Shown: positions 1 through 8,612, numbered from the stretch's first letter. The stretch is DNA of 52,287 bases from a virus (IMGVR_UViG_3300035659_000020:1-52287), one strand, 5' to 3'. Made by a program: numbers and translations. Notes: a model not told the origin generated them from the sequence alone.

Positions 1-845
1 AACAGCGGGACTTCACCACATGGATTAGTAGCATCTAAACTTCCCACATATGGAACAAGATTAAATTCATTGGCTCTATCTATAAAGTAAATTCCTGGGT
101 CTCCACTCAACCATGCATTAGTAGCTACAGCATTAAATATTTTATCATCTTTATTTTTCATGAATTCATCTGTGATAGCAACAGAGATATTAAAGTGGGT
201 TAATTGATTATTAGATAATATCTGTTGAACCATCTCAGCATCTTGTACCTTCATCATCTCTGGTAAAATTTCATTGAAAATTCTTTTATTTCTAGTATTC
301 AAAGCGTTCTTATGTTGAATAAATTTCATAATATCTGGATGGTCTACATTTAGTATGCCCATCTGAGCACCACGCCTAGATGCCTGAGAAATTACCTCTC
401 CTGTAGTATCAAACAACTCCATGAAACTAACAGGCCCACTTGCAAATCCACCTGTAGTTTTTACTGGTGTTCCTTCTGCTCTTATATTAGAGAAGTTATA
501 TCCTATCCCACCACCCCATGCAAATATCTCAGCAGCTTTCTTTAGTGTATCATAGATACTTTCTCTGCTATCTTCTATAGGCATCACAAAACAATTAAAA
601 AGATTCTTTATCCCTGTTCCAGAATTAGCTAAAATTCTGCCACCAGGGATAAAGACTCTATCAATAATAAGTTTAGTAAAATCAGCCATGTATTGAAGAT
701 AATCATTTTCATTATCCTCTGCTCTAGCTACATACTCTCCCACTCTAGCAGATGTTTGTTCCCACTCCTCTAAATTACCATTGGGAAGTTTTTTGGCATA
801 TTTCTTTTTAAAAATTTTTTCAGCGGTCTTAGATAGGTCACTCAT
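1..845 (-). CDS. nrdJ: Class II (B12-dependent) ribonucleotide reductase, N-terminal part (runs off window edge)
   Basis: Absent from ORF track; manual translation from ATG at 845: MSDLSKTAEKIF...FIPGGRILAN...NCFV...GGGIGYNFSNIR...ASGPVSFM...RRGAQMG...HPDI...FNISV...GDPG...ATNPCGEVPL (catalytic NPCGE). Confidence 0.9.
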   Translation of the reverse strand, partial: MSDLSKTAEKIFKKKYAKKLPNGNLEEWEQTSARVGEYVARAEDNENDYLQYMADFTKLIIDRVFIPGGRILANSGTGIKNLFNCFVMPIEDSRESIYDTLKKAAEIFAWGGGIGYNFSNIRAEGTPVKTTGGFASGPVSFMELFDTTGEVISQASRRGAQMGILNVDHPDIMKFIQHKNALNTRNKRIFNEILPEMMKVQDAEMVQQILSNNQLTHFNISVAITDEFMKNKDDKIFNAVATNAWLSGDPGIYFIDRANEFNLVPYVGSLDATNPCGEVPL

Positions 846-1191
846 GTTCTACTTCTTTCAGGGGTAATTGTTTGTATGTATTAATAGCTTCTATTTTTTT
901 ATTAATCTTAGTAACTAAAGATGATAAAGGATTTACTCCCTCTACTATACCAGCTACCATTAACATCATAATTACATCCCCTAACTCAGTTGACAATCTT
1001 TCTTTATCAAACTCAGGTTTAGCATCTGGATTATTTCTAACCCACCCACCTTCCCTTGCCAAATCTATCTCATATACTTCACCAACCTCAGTCAATGCAA
1101 ACTTCATAGCATCATCAAAGTCAGGCCATTTTAGACCACGTTTCTTATAATATTCAATTATTAGGTTCCAAATTTCCCATTGTTCTTGCAT
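838..1191 (-). CDS. MazG-like NTP pyrophosphohydrolase
   Basis: EVGEVYE and ELGDV acidic motifs of the all-alpha NTP-PPase fold. Confidence 0.75.
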   Translation of the reverse strand: MQEQWEIWNLIIEYYKKRGLKWPDFDDAMKFALTEVGEVYEIDLAREGGWVRNNPDAKPEFDKERLSTELGDVIMMLMVAGIVEGVNPLSSLVTKINKKIEAINTYKQLPLKEVEHE

Positions 1192-1216
1192 AATATTCTC
1201 CTTATATTTAGATTAG

Positions 1217-1293
1217 AGCGGGTAGTGGGTCTCGAACCCACATTCTCATTCCATTACGGTGTCTAATTTCGAGGACTAGCCCGATATACCCGC
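1217..1293 (-). tRNA. Atypical D-armless tRNA-like gene (anticodon TCG/Arg or CGA/Ser depending on register)
   Basis: Acceptor GCGGGTA/TACCCGC, T arm GTGGG-TTCGAGA-CCCAC, anticodon arm CTAGT-CCTCGAA-ATTAG, only 7 nt where the D arm should be. Confidence 0.65.
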
Positions 1294-1655
1294 TAATGTC
1301 CAAGATGTTGAAAGATAATATTTCTAGGTACATGTGAAATAGTTATATCACCATTCAACTCTTCTCTAATCTTATCTCTTATAACTTTCAAATGTTTATA
1401 ATTACAATTCCAATTACCTTCAACTTGTTCTTTGACTAAAGATGAGTCAGTTAATATAGTAACTGGCTCACCTTCAGTCATCATTTGTTTACCTTTACGA
1501 ATTGCCATTAACATAGTTAAATATTCTGCTTCATTTGAGGTTTTCTCTCCCCAAACAATCTGCTTATGTTCCATTAATATACCAGACGCAGTATATATTT
1601 TATATGAACCATAAGCAACTCCACCTCTTTTACCACCATCACAAATTATTACCAT
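1293..1655 (-). CDS. RNase HI-like protein
   Basis: CDGG, TSNEAEY, TDSSLVKEQVEGNW, HVPR motifs; start placed at MVIICD. Confidence 0.8.
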   Translation of the reverse strand: MVIICDGGKRGGVAYGSYKIYTASGILMEHKQIVWGEKTSNEAEYLTMLMAIRKGKQMMTEGEPVTILTDSSLVKEQVEGNWNCNYKHLKVIRDKIREELNGDITISHVPRNIIFQHLGH

Positions 1656-1998
1656 TATAACCCCATAAATCTTCACTCTTTATCATAATCTCATCAGCTA
1701 ACCAGCATTTACCTTTAGTAGAATGTTCTTTTAATCTAATATTACCTCTTACATAACACTTTACTACATATCTATTATCTTTAATCCTAAACATTCTACT
1801 AAAGAAATTGATAGCATCTTCTTTTGAAGGAAGAAAGTGCCAGCCAGCATCATAATATCTATTATTACTCCCATCTCTAACTAATTTTATATTAGCTTTA
1901 TGCCATCTATCCAAAGGAATAATCCTACTCCCATCTGTTCCATGAAATAGTGACATAACCTTCCCATCCTTTATTTCTACAATTCTGTATCCTACCAT
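1639..1998 (-). CDS. Hypothetical phage protein
   Basis: Tightly packed ORF in minus-strand operon. Confidence 0.6.
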   Translation of the reverse strand: MVGYRIVEIKDGKVMSLFHGTDGSRIIPLDRWHKANIKLVRDGSNNRYYDAGWHFLPSKEDAINFFSRMFRIKDNRYVVKCYVRGNIRLKEHSTKGKCWLADEIMIKSEDLWGYNGNNL

Positions 1999-2286
1999 TT
2001 ACCCTTCCCAATACTGATGTTCACCATAACCATCAAAATCATTGTCATCTACTTCATCATCATCTTCATCGTCTTCATCTAACTCTGCATCATAGTAATC
2101 ATCAACTATTGCCGCGATATTATTACCCATACTACGGTAAATATGTTTCTCATTCTCCGAAAGGTGTGCAAAATCTCCTATTGCTATTATGATTTTGGCA
2201 TCACGTAAGTTCCTAAAAATAGAATCAGCAATCAAATCAACTAATTCATCGTCATACATTTTATCCAATCTCCTTCTCAAGAACAT
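1999..2286 (-). CDS. Hypothetical protein with acidic C-terminus
   Basis: Packed ORF, D/E-rich tail. Confidence 0.55.
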   Translation of the reverse strand: MFLRRRLDKMYDDELVDLIADSIFRNLRDAKIIIAIGDFAHLSENEKHIYRSMGNNIAAIVDDYYDAELDEDDEDDDEVDDNDFDGYGEHQYWEG

Positions 2287-2449
2287 CTAAAACTTTTAAA
2301 GCATAATCATCTGATAATTTTTTTAGTTCTTCATTATCTTTTAAAGGTATATCGAATACTAAATTTGTTCCCTTTGTAGTTATACAAAGTGCTCTGAATT
2401 TATCTACATCTACAATTACTTTAACTACTTGTCTTAATGTTTTTCTCAT
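2261..2449 (-). CDS. Hypothetical protein
   Basis: Packed ORF overlapping neighbours. Confidence 0.5.
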   Translation of the reverse strand: MRKTLRQVVKVIVDVDKFRALCITTKGTNLVFDIPLKDNEELKKLSDDYALKVLDVLEKEIG

Positions 2450-3296
2450 GTAATTCTCTCCATTCAGTAATCAATCCATTATAAGGGTCTTCACCATTCT
2501 TTAATCTATAGGCAGAAAGCATAGCAATATCTATATATTCTTGATATAATTCAAAACCTATAAAGTGTCTTTTTAATTTCATACACTCAATATAGGTTGT
2601 TCCAATCCCCATCATGGGGTCTAATACTGTATCACCTTCTTGTGTATATGCTCTGATTGCCCAATTAGCTAGAGCAGGAGACATGGGGGCGGGGTGAGGT
2701 CTTTTACTATAATCCTGTGGTAGTATTAAATAGTTAGGTGGAGTTGCCCCACCAGCATTAGGTTCTACCTTTTTATACTTAGGCTCACCATATTCACCAT
2801 TCAAATCTGCAGATAACTTACCCACCTTATACTTCATCCTACTAAGAGTAGCTGGGGCATATGGTCTACGTACATTATCTCTATAAAATTTTACTTGGTC
2901 TGGTTGTTGTGAGAATAGAAAATTATGTTCCCATGCAGGATAAGGTCTATTCTTTATGTTCTTAGGTGGGGCTGATGTCTTTATCCAAGGAATATCATCT
3001 ATTAAATAAACTCTATTACTTTCACAGTCTAAAATCATGCTATATATAGCTGTCATTTTCTTGAAATCTTTATACCCCGAACCTGTATTCCACCAAACTA
3101 TATCAGCATAATTACTTAATAAAGTTACTGCATTAGCACACCAAGCTGACCATACATATTCATTGTTGAATATAGGCTTATTATTATAGTTTCTAGCATT
3201 GAAATATGGAGGACTAGTTAATACCATCTTTACTTTTGGTATAGCATACTCATCTATATTATTAAAATCAGAGTGTATTATCCTGTTGAATTCCAT
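2421..3296 (-). CDS. Beta-class DNA amino-methyltransferase (probably N4-cytosine)
   Basis: TSPPY catalytic motif N-terminal to HPAPM and VLDPMMGIGTT SAM-binding motif. Confidence 0.9.
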   Translation of the reverse strand: MEFNRIIHSDFNNIDEYAIPKVKMVLTSPPYFNARNYNNKPIFNNEYVWSAWCANAVTLLSNYADIVWWNTGSGYKDFKKMTAIYSMILDCESNRVYLIDDIPWIKTSAPPKNIKNRPYPAWEHNFLFSQQPDQVKFYRDNVRRPYAPATLSRMKYKVGKLSADLNGEYGEPKYKKVEPNAGGATPPNYLILPQDYSKRPHPAPMSPALANWAIRAYTQEGDTVLDPMMGIGTTYIECMKLKRHFIGFELYQEYIDIAMLSAYRLKNGEDPYNGLITEWRELHEKNIKTSS

Positions 3297-4152
3297 ATTT
3301 ACTTTCCTTTTCTAAAAGATGCATGAAGTCATCCCTTGTTCCACCATTCTTAAAGTAATCTGTTATGTCGTATTTAGGTAACTGTCCTTCAAAATTATAT
3401 ACCTTTGCTCTTCTTCCCCATTGATATGCTACTTTATTAGCATAAAATATGCCAGCTTCATCATTATCATACACTACATAAATTCTTTTCTTAGTAGCAA
3501 ATAAAGGATTCCAATTTCTATCCCAATGACCAGAGCCTCCAGTTTGACTTACTGCTGGTATGTTATTTTGTCTAAGCATGATTGCATCCACTGGGCCTTC
3601 TGTGATAACCACCCAATTAGTGAGTTTAAGAATGGAGAAGTTAAACGAATGTGGGCCCACCCCGACATACCAGTGTTTGATAATCTTTGGAGTCTCTTTT
3701 CTAGCTTGAAAATTAACAAACTTCCCATTCTCAAAAATTGGGATTGTATACCAAACTCCTGTGTATCCCAATTTAAATTCAGCAATTGTATTGTCAGTAT
3801 ATCCACGTTTAGTGTGCCAGTAATTGCCATGTTTTTTTCCATATTCATAGAATATTTCTACTAGTGGTGAGTATTGTACAACTTCTTCATGTTCTTTTTC
3901 TTCTACATTAACAAACAAAAAAGGATTCTCATCAACACTTTTCATTATTTGTAGGGCATCTACTTTAGTAAGTCCTCTAACTTTTGTTAGATAACAATAC
4001 ACACTGCCTACTATATTTTTGCTATTCCAGTAGAAGATATTTTTTTCTCTATCTAATACCAAACTACTGTGTTGCTGTGTCTTTGAAAATCTTTTATCTA
4101 CATTTAGTAGTGTAAAGTCTTCGCTTATTAAATTTTCTAGTATGCTTGGCAT
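3268..4152 (-). CDS. DNA primase (TOPRIM)
   Basis: ITEGPVDA, YDNDEAG and KYDITDY motifs. Confidence 0.85.
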   Translation of the reverse strand: MPSILENLISEDFTLLNVDKRFSKTQQHSSLVLDREKNIFYWNSKNIVGSVYCYLTKVRGLTKVDALQIMKSVDENPFLFVNVEEKEHEEVVQYSPLVEIFYEYGKKHGNYWHTKRGYTDNTIAEFKLGYTGVWYTIPIFENGKFVNFQARKETPKIIKHWYVGVGPHSFNFSILKLTNWVVITEGPVDAIMLRQNNIPAVSQTGGSGHWDRNWNPLFATKKRIYVVYDNDEAGIFYANKVAYQWGRRAKVYNFEGQLPKYDITDYFKNGGTRDDFMHLLEKESKYGIQQDNTL

Positions 4153-4173
4153 AATCCTTTTACAATACTCCTA

Positions 4174-4247
4174 TACCTCCAATGAGACTCGGACTCATAA
4201 CCTACTGTTTAAGAGACAGTTGCTCTTACCAATTGAGCTATAGAGGT
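4174..4247 (-). tRNA. tRNA-Lys(CTT)
   Basis: Cloverleaf; ACTGT-CTCTTAA-ACAGT; T loop TCCGAGT. Confidence 0.9.
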
Positions 4248-4250
4248 TGG

Positions 4251-4325
4251 ATGCACAGGCTGGACTTTCACCAACATCTTCTATCTGTAAGGGATAGAAT
4301 ATCCTAATAATTAGACGACCATGCC
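4251..4325 (-). tRNA. Atypical tRNA-like gene, 7-bp anticodon stem, loop CCTTACA (TTA centred; possibly degenerate Val TAC)
   Basis: Weak acceptor GGCATGG/CTGTGCA, T arm GTTGG-TGAAAGT-CCAGC, stem TTCTATC/GATAGAA. Confidence 0.55.
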
Positions 4326-4331
4326 ATACAG

Positions 4332-4403
4332 TGGAGCTTAAGAGAATTGCACTCTTATTTGGTGGATGCAAATCACCTGTTCTACTAATTGGACTAAAGC
4401 CCC
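4332..4403 (-). tRNA. tRNA-Ala(TGC)
   Basis: GGGGCTT/AAGCTCC with G3:U70; loop TTTGCAT. Confidence 0.9.
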
Positions 4404-4524
4404 AAGTTATTACTTACATATTATACTGTACTTTTTCTAAAATAACATTAACACTTTATGAGTATTTTCTCATCCCATTTTAATCTAATGTTTGAGATTT
4501 TATGTTATTAAAAAAAACCAGAAG

Positions 4525-4597
4525 AGCGTCTAAAGGGATTCGCACCCTTACCCGATGGTTGGAAGCCACACATGCTACTGTTGAACACCATAGACGC
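4525..4597 (-). tRNA. tRNA-Gly(TCC)
   Basis: GCGTCTA/TAGACGC-T; loop CTTCCAA. Confidence 0.9.
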
Positions 4598-4601
4598 ATA
4601 A

Positions 4602-4684
4602 GGCAAGGCTCGATTCGCATTTCGCTCAATTACAGCCGATATTGTTGCCTACCCGCCGCGACTTGATAGGCTAGACACCTTGCC
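4602..4684 (-). ncRNA. Unclassified structured RNA closed by a 7-bp acceptor-like stem
   Basis: GGCAAGG/CCTTGCC ends, internal GCCTATC/GGTAGGC hairpin; lies between tRNA-Lys(TTT) and tRNA-Gly with 3-4 nt spacers. Confidence 0.45.
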
Positions 4685-4687
4685 ATG

Positions 4688-4758
4688 TACTCCTGACTGG
4701 ACTCGAACCAGCCTTGGCAGATTAAAAGTCTGCTGCTCAACCTCTGAGCCACAGGAGT
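4688..4758 (-). tRNA. tRNA-Lys(TTT)
   Basis: GCAGA-CTTTTAA-TCTGC; T loop TTCGAGT. Confidence 0.92.
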
Positions 4759-4831
4759 ATTTATTTAGTTATTATGGGTGCAGGCTGTAGGATTACCTAC
4801 AAAATCTGTACCTTTAGTTTCATATATTCTC

Positions 4832-5416
4832 CTAGAGGCAAGCACCAGAGTCGAACTGGTTACTGGTCACTTTTGCAGAGTGCTCCCTTACCGTTTGGGA
4901 TGCAAGCCTAAAATCAACAATTGGTTTTAATGTTGCCATTTTTTTCTTTACTTCTTCTAAAGATAAAGGATAGAAATTCCAGCAATCAACTCCAACATCA
5001 AATGATAATCCATATGGAACAAGCATTCCGTGATGATGACCATATAAATGCCAACTAGCATAATGAGAAAGTTCCCAGGAACGCATGGCATAATGACATA
5101 GAGTAATAGATATTTGATTACCATATTCATCTAATAAACCATCAGGCTTAATCACAAGCATTCGTGGTTCTTTTATATCATGGTCATGACTACCCTTGAT
5201 ACGGATAATATTTCCGTTGAGTCTATTCAAATATTTATTTGGATTAACAAAAGAAAAATCTCCTAAATCATAAACAGTATCTTCTGGCTTTACTTTTGAA
5301 TTAAAATAATTAATGAGTTTTCCATCCATTTCATCTATTGACTTGAATGGTCTATTAGAAAACCTGATTATATTCTTATGTCCTAAGTGCATATCCGCTG
5401 TAAAATAGATTGTCAT
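4832..5416 (-). CDS. Calcineurin-like metallophosphoesterase
   Basis: DMHLGH, LGDF, GSHD, CHYA, GHHH, DVGVD motifs. Confidence 0.88.
   Translation of the reverse strand: MTIYFTADMHLGHKNIIRFSNRPFKSIDEMDGKLINYFNSKVKPEDTVYDLGDFSFVNPNKYLNRLNGNIIRIKGSHDHDIKEPRMLVIKPDGLLDEYGNQISITLCHYAMRSWELSHYASWHLYGHHHGMLVPYGLSFDVGVDCWNFYPLSLEEVKKKMATLKPIVDFRLASQTVREHSAKVTSNQFDSGACL
4836..4908 (-). tRNA. tRNA-Cys(GCA)
   Basis: CACT-CTGCAAA-AGTG, U73; two U-U mismatches in acceptor; inside the 3' end of the upstream CDS. Confidence 0.8.
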
Positions 5417-5439
5417 TCTTATTCCTTACCATTTAATAT

Positions 5440-6426
5440 CTAAGCCAATTTTTTGACGCTACCTGTGCCTGTTTCTACCCAAGCAGCGTTCTTCTGCAAT
5501 TCTTTTATATTACCAGCATTGAGATATGTAAAAGCACTTCTCATGCCCCAAATATATTCTGATATTAAATCTGCTAACAAAATATCTTTTACTACTTCTT
5601 TCTCCAAACCTTCTACAGATTTTACGGAATGATAATATTCTTCTTGTAATTTTCTAGATGCTTGTCCATATATTATACCATTGTTTGCAGATTCATATGT
5701 TCTAGCAAAAGGTGTTCCCATCATAAGAACATCTGCACCCATAGCTAATGCCTTGACAGCATCTCCTGAATTTCTAATACCACCATCACATACTATAATA
5801 GCATCTACATCTTTGCAATTATCAATAGCAGTTAGTTGTGGAACACCTACACCAGTAACATTTCTAGTTGTACATAAAGTACCATTCCCTATGCCCACTC
5901 TAATCATATCTGCACCAGCATTTGCAAGAATTTTTGCAGAATCATATGTAGCTACATTTCCTACCATAAGTAAAGTCCTAAATTGATTATGTTTTATAAT
6001 AAATTTTACAGTCTTTACCCATTTACTTACTGATTCAAGATTACCATTAGCTACGTCTATACATATAATTGAAGGATTATATTCTAGAATGCCCAAGCCA
6101 TCCATATCATCTAATCCTATTGATACACCATAATTTCTACACTCAGGCATAATTTCTAATATAATTTTCTTAGCTTGTTTTAAATTTTCTTTATGGTCAT
6201 CATTATTAAAAAATCTATGCAAAATTCCTATCCCACCCATTTTAGATATTCCAATCATTAATTCGGGTGAGATAATTCCTTTCATTGGTGATGCTATAAA
6301 TGGTATAGATAGCTTTAGATTAGAACCAAGTCTAGTTCCTAAACAAACAATATCTCTACTATTTACAGTAGATGGTCTTGGAACTAATAGTAAATCATCA
6401 AAATCATAACCTTTTGTTACTTTCAT
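5440..6426 (-). CDS. GMP reductase / IMPDH family protein without CBS domains
   Basis: DFDDLLLVP, ASPM, GGIGILHR, IDVANG, GNVAT, RVGIGNGTLCTTR, DGGIRNSGDAVKALAMGAD. Confidence 0.88.
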   Translation of the reverse strand: MKVTKGYDFDDLLLVPRPSTVNSRDIVCLGTRLGSNLKLSIPFIASPMKGIISPELMIGISKMGGIGILHRFFNNDDHKENLKQAKKIILEIMPECRNYGVSIGLDDMDGLGILEYNPSIICIDVANGNLESVSKWVKTVKFIIKHNQFRTLLMVGNVATYDSAKILANAGADMIRVGIGNGTLCTTRNVTGVGVPQLTAIDNCKDVDAIIVCDGGIRNSGDAVKALAMGADVLMMGTPFARTYESANNGIIYGQASRKLQEEYYHSVKSVEGLEKEVVKDILLADLISEYIWGMRSAFTYLNAGNIKELQKNAAWVETGTGSVKKLA

Positions 6427-6932
6427 AATCCAACTTCCTGCCAATTATTTATTCTAAAAGGCCAATACCAATTTACATTCCAGGGTTGTGTAAAGATATA
6501 TCCTACTCCACCAAATGTTCTAACATTATCAATATTATCATCTATTAAATACTCTGCTCTAATCAATGACTTGTCTGAGCATTCTACATAATCTTGTATT
6601 CTAGTAATAAAATTATATTTCTTTAACCAGTTATATTTGACACCTGAGACTTCTATAGGGGTTGTAGTTACATATATAATTCTATATTTTTTAGATAATT
6701 TTTTTATAGTTTCTAGAGCATCTGGAATTGGTTTAATATTTTCATAAAGAGTTGGGTCTTTTAGATATTCATATATTTTTATTCCACACACTGGTTTTAC
6801 CAGCATATGAATATCCCAAGTTGTCCAATCATCTTTAGTCATAGTGTCATTATAATCTTTATTATAACGTCTTAACCATTCTACATGATTGGCAGCAATT
6901 ACACCATCTACATCAACTGCTAGTATTTTCAT
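6423..6932 (-). CDS. 5'(3')-deoxyribonucleotidase (HAD, NT5C family)
   Basis: DVDGV, KYNWLKKY, LIDDN, PWN motifs; start after AAGGAG-like RBS. Confidence 0.88.
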   Translation of the reverse strand: MKILAVDVDGVIAANHVEWLRRYNKDYNDTMTKDDWTTWDIHMLVKPVCGIKIYEYLKDPTLYENIKPIPDALETIKKLSKKYRIIYVTTTPIEVSGVKYNWLKKYNFITRIQDYVECSDKSLIRAEYLIDDNIDNVRTFGGVGYIFTQPWNVNWYWPFRINNWQEVGL

Positions 6933-6951
6933 CCTTTTGTTTCTCCTTAAG

Positions 6952-7036
6952 AGGAACAGGTAGGGATTGCACCTACGCACCCTGCAGGGTGGCTACTGTT
7001 TAGCAAACAGGCACATTACTACTCTGTCACTATTCC
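6952..7036 (-). tRNA. tRNA-Ser(GCT)
   Basis: Loop TTGCTAA, long variable arm ACCCTGCAGGGT. Confidence 0.88.
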
Positions 7037-7128
7037 TTGTCATTTTTATTATTTCTATATATTATACATACCCATATAATTAATATAAATGTTAATATAA
7101 CTGTAGCATGTGACATATATAACTCCTG

Positions 7129-7203
7129 TACCACCTCTTGGAATTGCACCAAGGCCTTCTGTTCTTCAGACAGACGCACAATAACTACCTATGCAAAAGT
7201 GGC
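7129..7203 (-). tRNA. tRNA-Phe(GAA)
   Basis: TCTGT-CTGAAGA-ACAGA. Confidence 0.85.
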
Positions 7204-7207
7204 GTAG

Positions 7208-7278
7208 TGGGGATGACAGGAGTCGAACCCGTCTTCTGTGGTCGAAAGCCACGAGTACTGCCGATATACGACATCCCC
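7208..7278 (-). tRNA. tRNA-Glu(TTC)
   Basis: GTGG-CTTTCGA-CCAC; GGGGATG/CATCCCC. Confidence 0.9.
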
Positions 7279-7282
7279 AAGG

Positions 7283-7363
7283 TGGAAGTGGTTGGATTTG
7301 CACCAGCAAAGCCGAGGCACCTGTTCTACAGACAGGCGGTAGTCCTGCCCTACCATCACTTCC
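7283..7363 (-). tRNA. tRNA-Tyr(GTA)
   Basis: CCTGT-CTGTAGA-ACAGG; variable arm; 5-bp D stem GGTAG/CTACC. Confidence 0.85.
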
Positions 7364-7370
7364 ATATTAC

Positions 7371-8441
7371 TTATTTCAAATAATATACTTCTACTCCAGC
7401 CCAACCATTAGCATCAGAGTAACAAGTAGCAATCTTATACTCATTACCATCTGGATATACTCCATAAGGTAAGAAAACTCTTCTTACTACAACAAAAGTA
7501 TAATTATTTATAATTACTGTATCTCCAACTTCAATATGAAGCCAACCAGTTTTCCAAAGTCTATGAACCCACATAGTATTTTGATAAACAGATGCTCCAT
7601 AAGTAGTAGATGGTAATAATAATGTTCCATTAGCATCTGACATGCCACTATAAAGTATGAAATGAACACCATCTATAACTGCTGTACCTAAGTAATCACC
7701 TGTAAAATCCACCTCATCAATTACATAAGCTGGAGATGGGGGCTTAGGTGTAGCTGTTAAAGTATTTATTGGTGTAACTGTCGGAACCACAGTCGAAGTC
7801 TCAGTAGGGTCAACCGTATTTGTTGGAGTCGAAGTTTCCGTTGTAACTGGTGTGCTAGTCTGAGTTGGTGTTTGAGTTCTTGTTGCTGTTGCCGTACTCG
7901 TTGATTGAGTTCCTGTAGATGTGATAGTAGGTGTATTTGTAACATACGTAGCCGTCCTTGTGGGGGTATTCATTGGTGTATTTGTTAATGTACTAGTTGG
8001 TGTAATAACAGTAGGTGTTTTTGTCGGAGTATTAGTAGGTGTTTCTGTATAAACATCTGTAGATGTTGAAGTAGGAAATGGTGTATCTGTAGGAGTACCA
8101 TCAATACAATGACTTAACTTCAAAAACCCTTCTCCCAAATCACCAATGTAATCAGCATAAACACTGGTATTATTATTTACATAACCTTCACTATCTGCTG
8201 ACCAAGAACCTCCACCACTTTGATGCATAGCACCGTTCCAAGAACCAACAGTTAAACTAGCACCAGTTATATTTAAACTATTACCAGATAAAACCCAATG
8301 TGTTCCATACTGGCAGGGTTCTGTATATCCTTGCCCATCCCAATACACACGCCCATCCCATGCTAGGGCAGATGATACAGTTATAAGTAATATTCCTATA
8401 ACTCCAAACATGGCTGCAATAAAAATTAACATTTTTTTCAT
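7371..8441 (-). CDS. Secreted protein: signal peptide, small N-terminal domain, Thr/Pro linker, C-terminal sortase-like domain
   Basis: [12 protein letters not shown]...SSALA signal; TPT repeats; WVHR...EVGDTVII...KIATCY resembles the sortase His and TLxTC layout. Confidence 0.65.
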   Translation of the reverse strand: MKKMLIFIAAMFGVIGILLITVSSALAWDGRVYWDGQGYTEPCQYGTHWVLSGNSLNITGASLTVGSWNGAMHQSGGGSWSADSEGYVNNNTSVYADYIGDLGEGFLKLSHCIDGTPTDTPFPTSTSTDVYTETPTNTPTKTPTVITPTSTLTNTPMNTPTRTATYVTNTPTITSTGTQSTSTATATRTQTPTQTSTPVTTETSTPTNTVDPTETSTVVPTVTPINTLTATPKPPSPAYVIDEVDFTGDYLGTAVIDGVHFILYSGMSDANGTLLLPSTTYGASVYQNTMWVHRLWKTGWLHIEVGDTVIINNYTFVVVRRVFLPYGVYPDGNEYKIATCYSDANGWAGVEVYYLK

Positions 8442-8457
8442 ATATTTTCCTTTCAGG

Positions 8458-8528
8458 TGGGAATGAGGAGATTCAAACTCCTGTGATGTGGTCGAGAGCC
8501 ACATATCCTGTCTCTAGATTACATTCCC
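8458..8528 (-). tRNA. tRNA-Glu(CTC)
   Basis: TGTGG-CTCTCGA-CCACA. Confidence 0.88.
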
Positions 8529-8532
8529 AAAG

Positions 8533-8604
8533 TTGAGGGAGAGAGAGTCGAACTCCCACGAAACACGTTATAAGCATGTAGACATTCCAAGTGTCATTCC
8601 CTCA
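8533..8604 (-). tRNA. tRNA-Ile(TAT)
   Basis: ACATG-CTTATAA-CGTGT; TGAGGGA/TCCCTCA; similar body to the Ile(GAT) gene. Confidence 0.85.
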
Positions 8605-8612
8605 GTTTATAT

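Noticed and set aside
838-1191. Z-base (2-aminoadenine) genome system suggested by the MazG-like gene
   Set aside because: No PurZ or DatZ-like HD hydrolase in the window; cannot be excluded for the rest of the genome.
7138-7472. Track ORFs 7138-7383, 7189-7404, 7191-7472 (also 9538-9753, 10685-10870, 11180-11428)
   Set aside because: They overlap tRNA or ncRNA genes and lack RBS or protein motifs.
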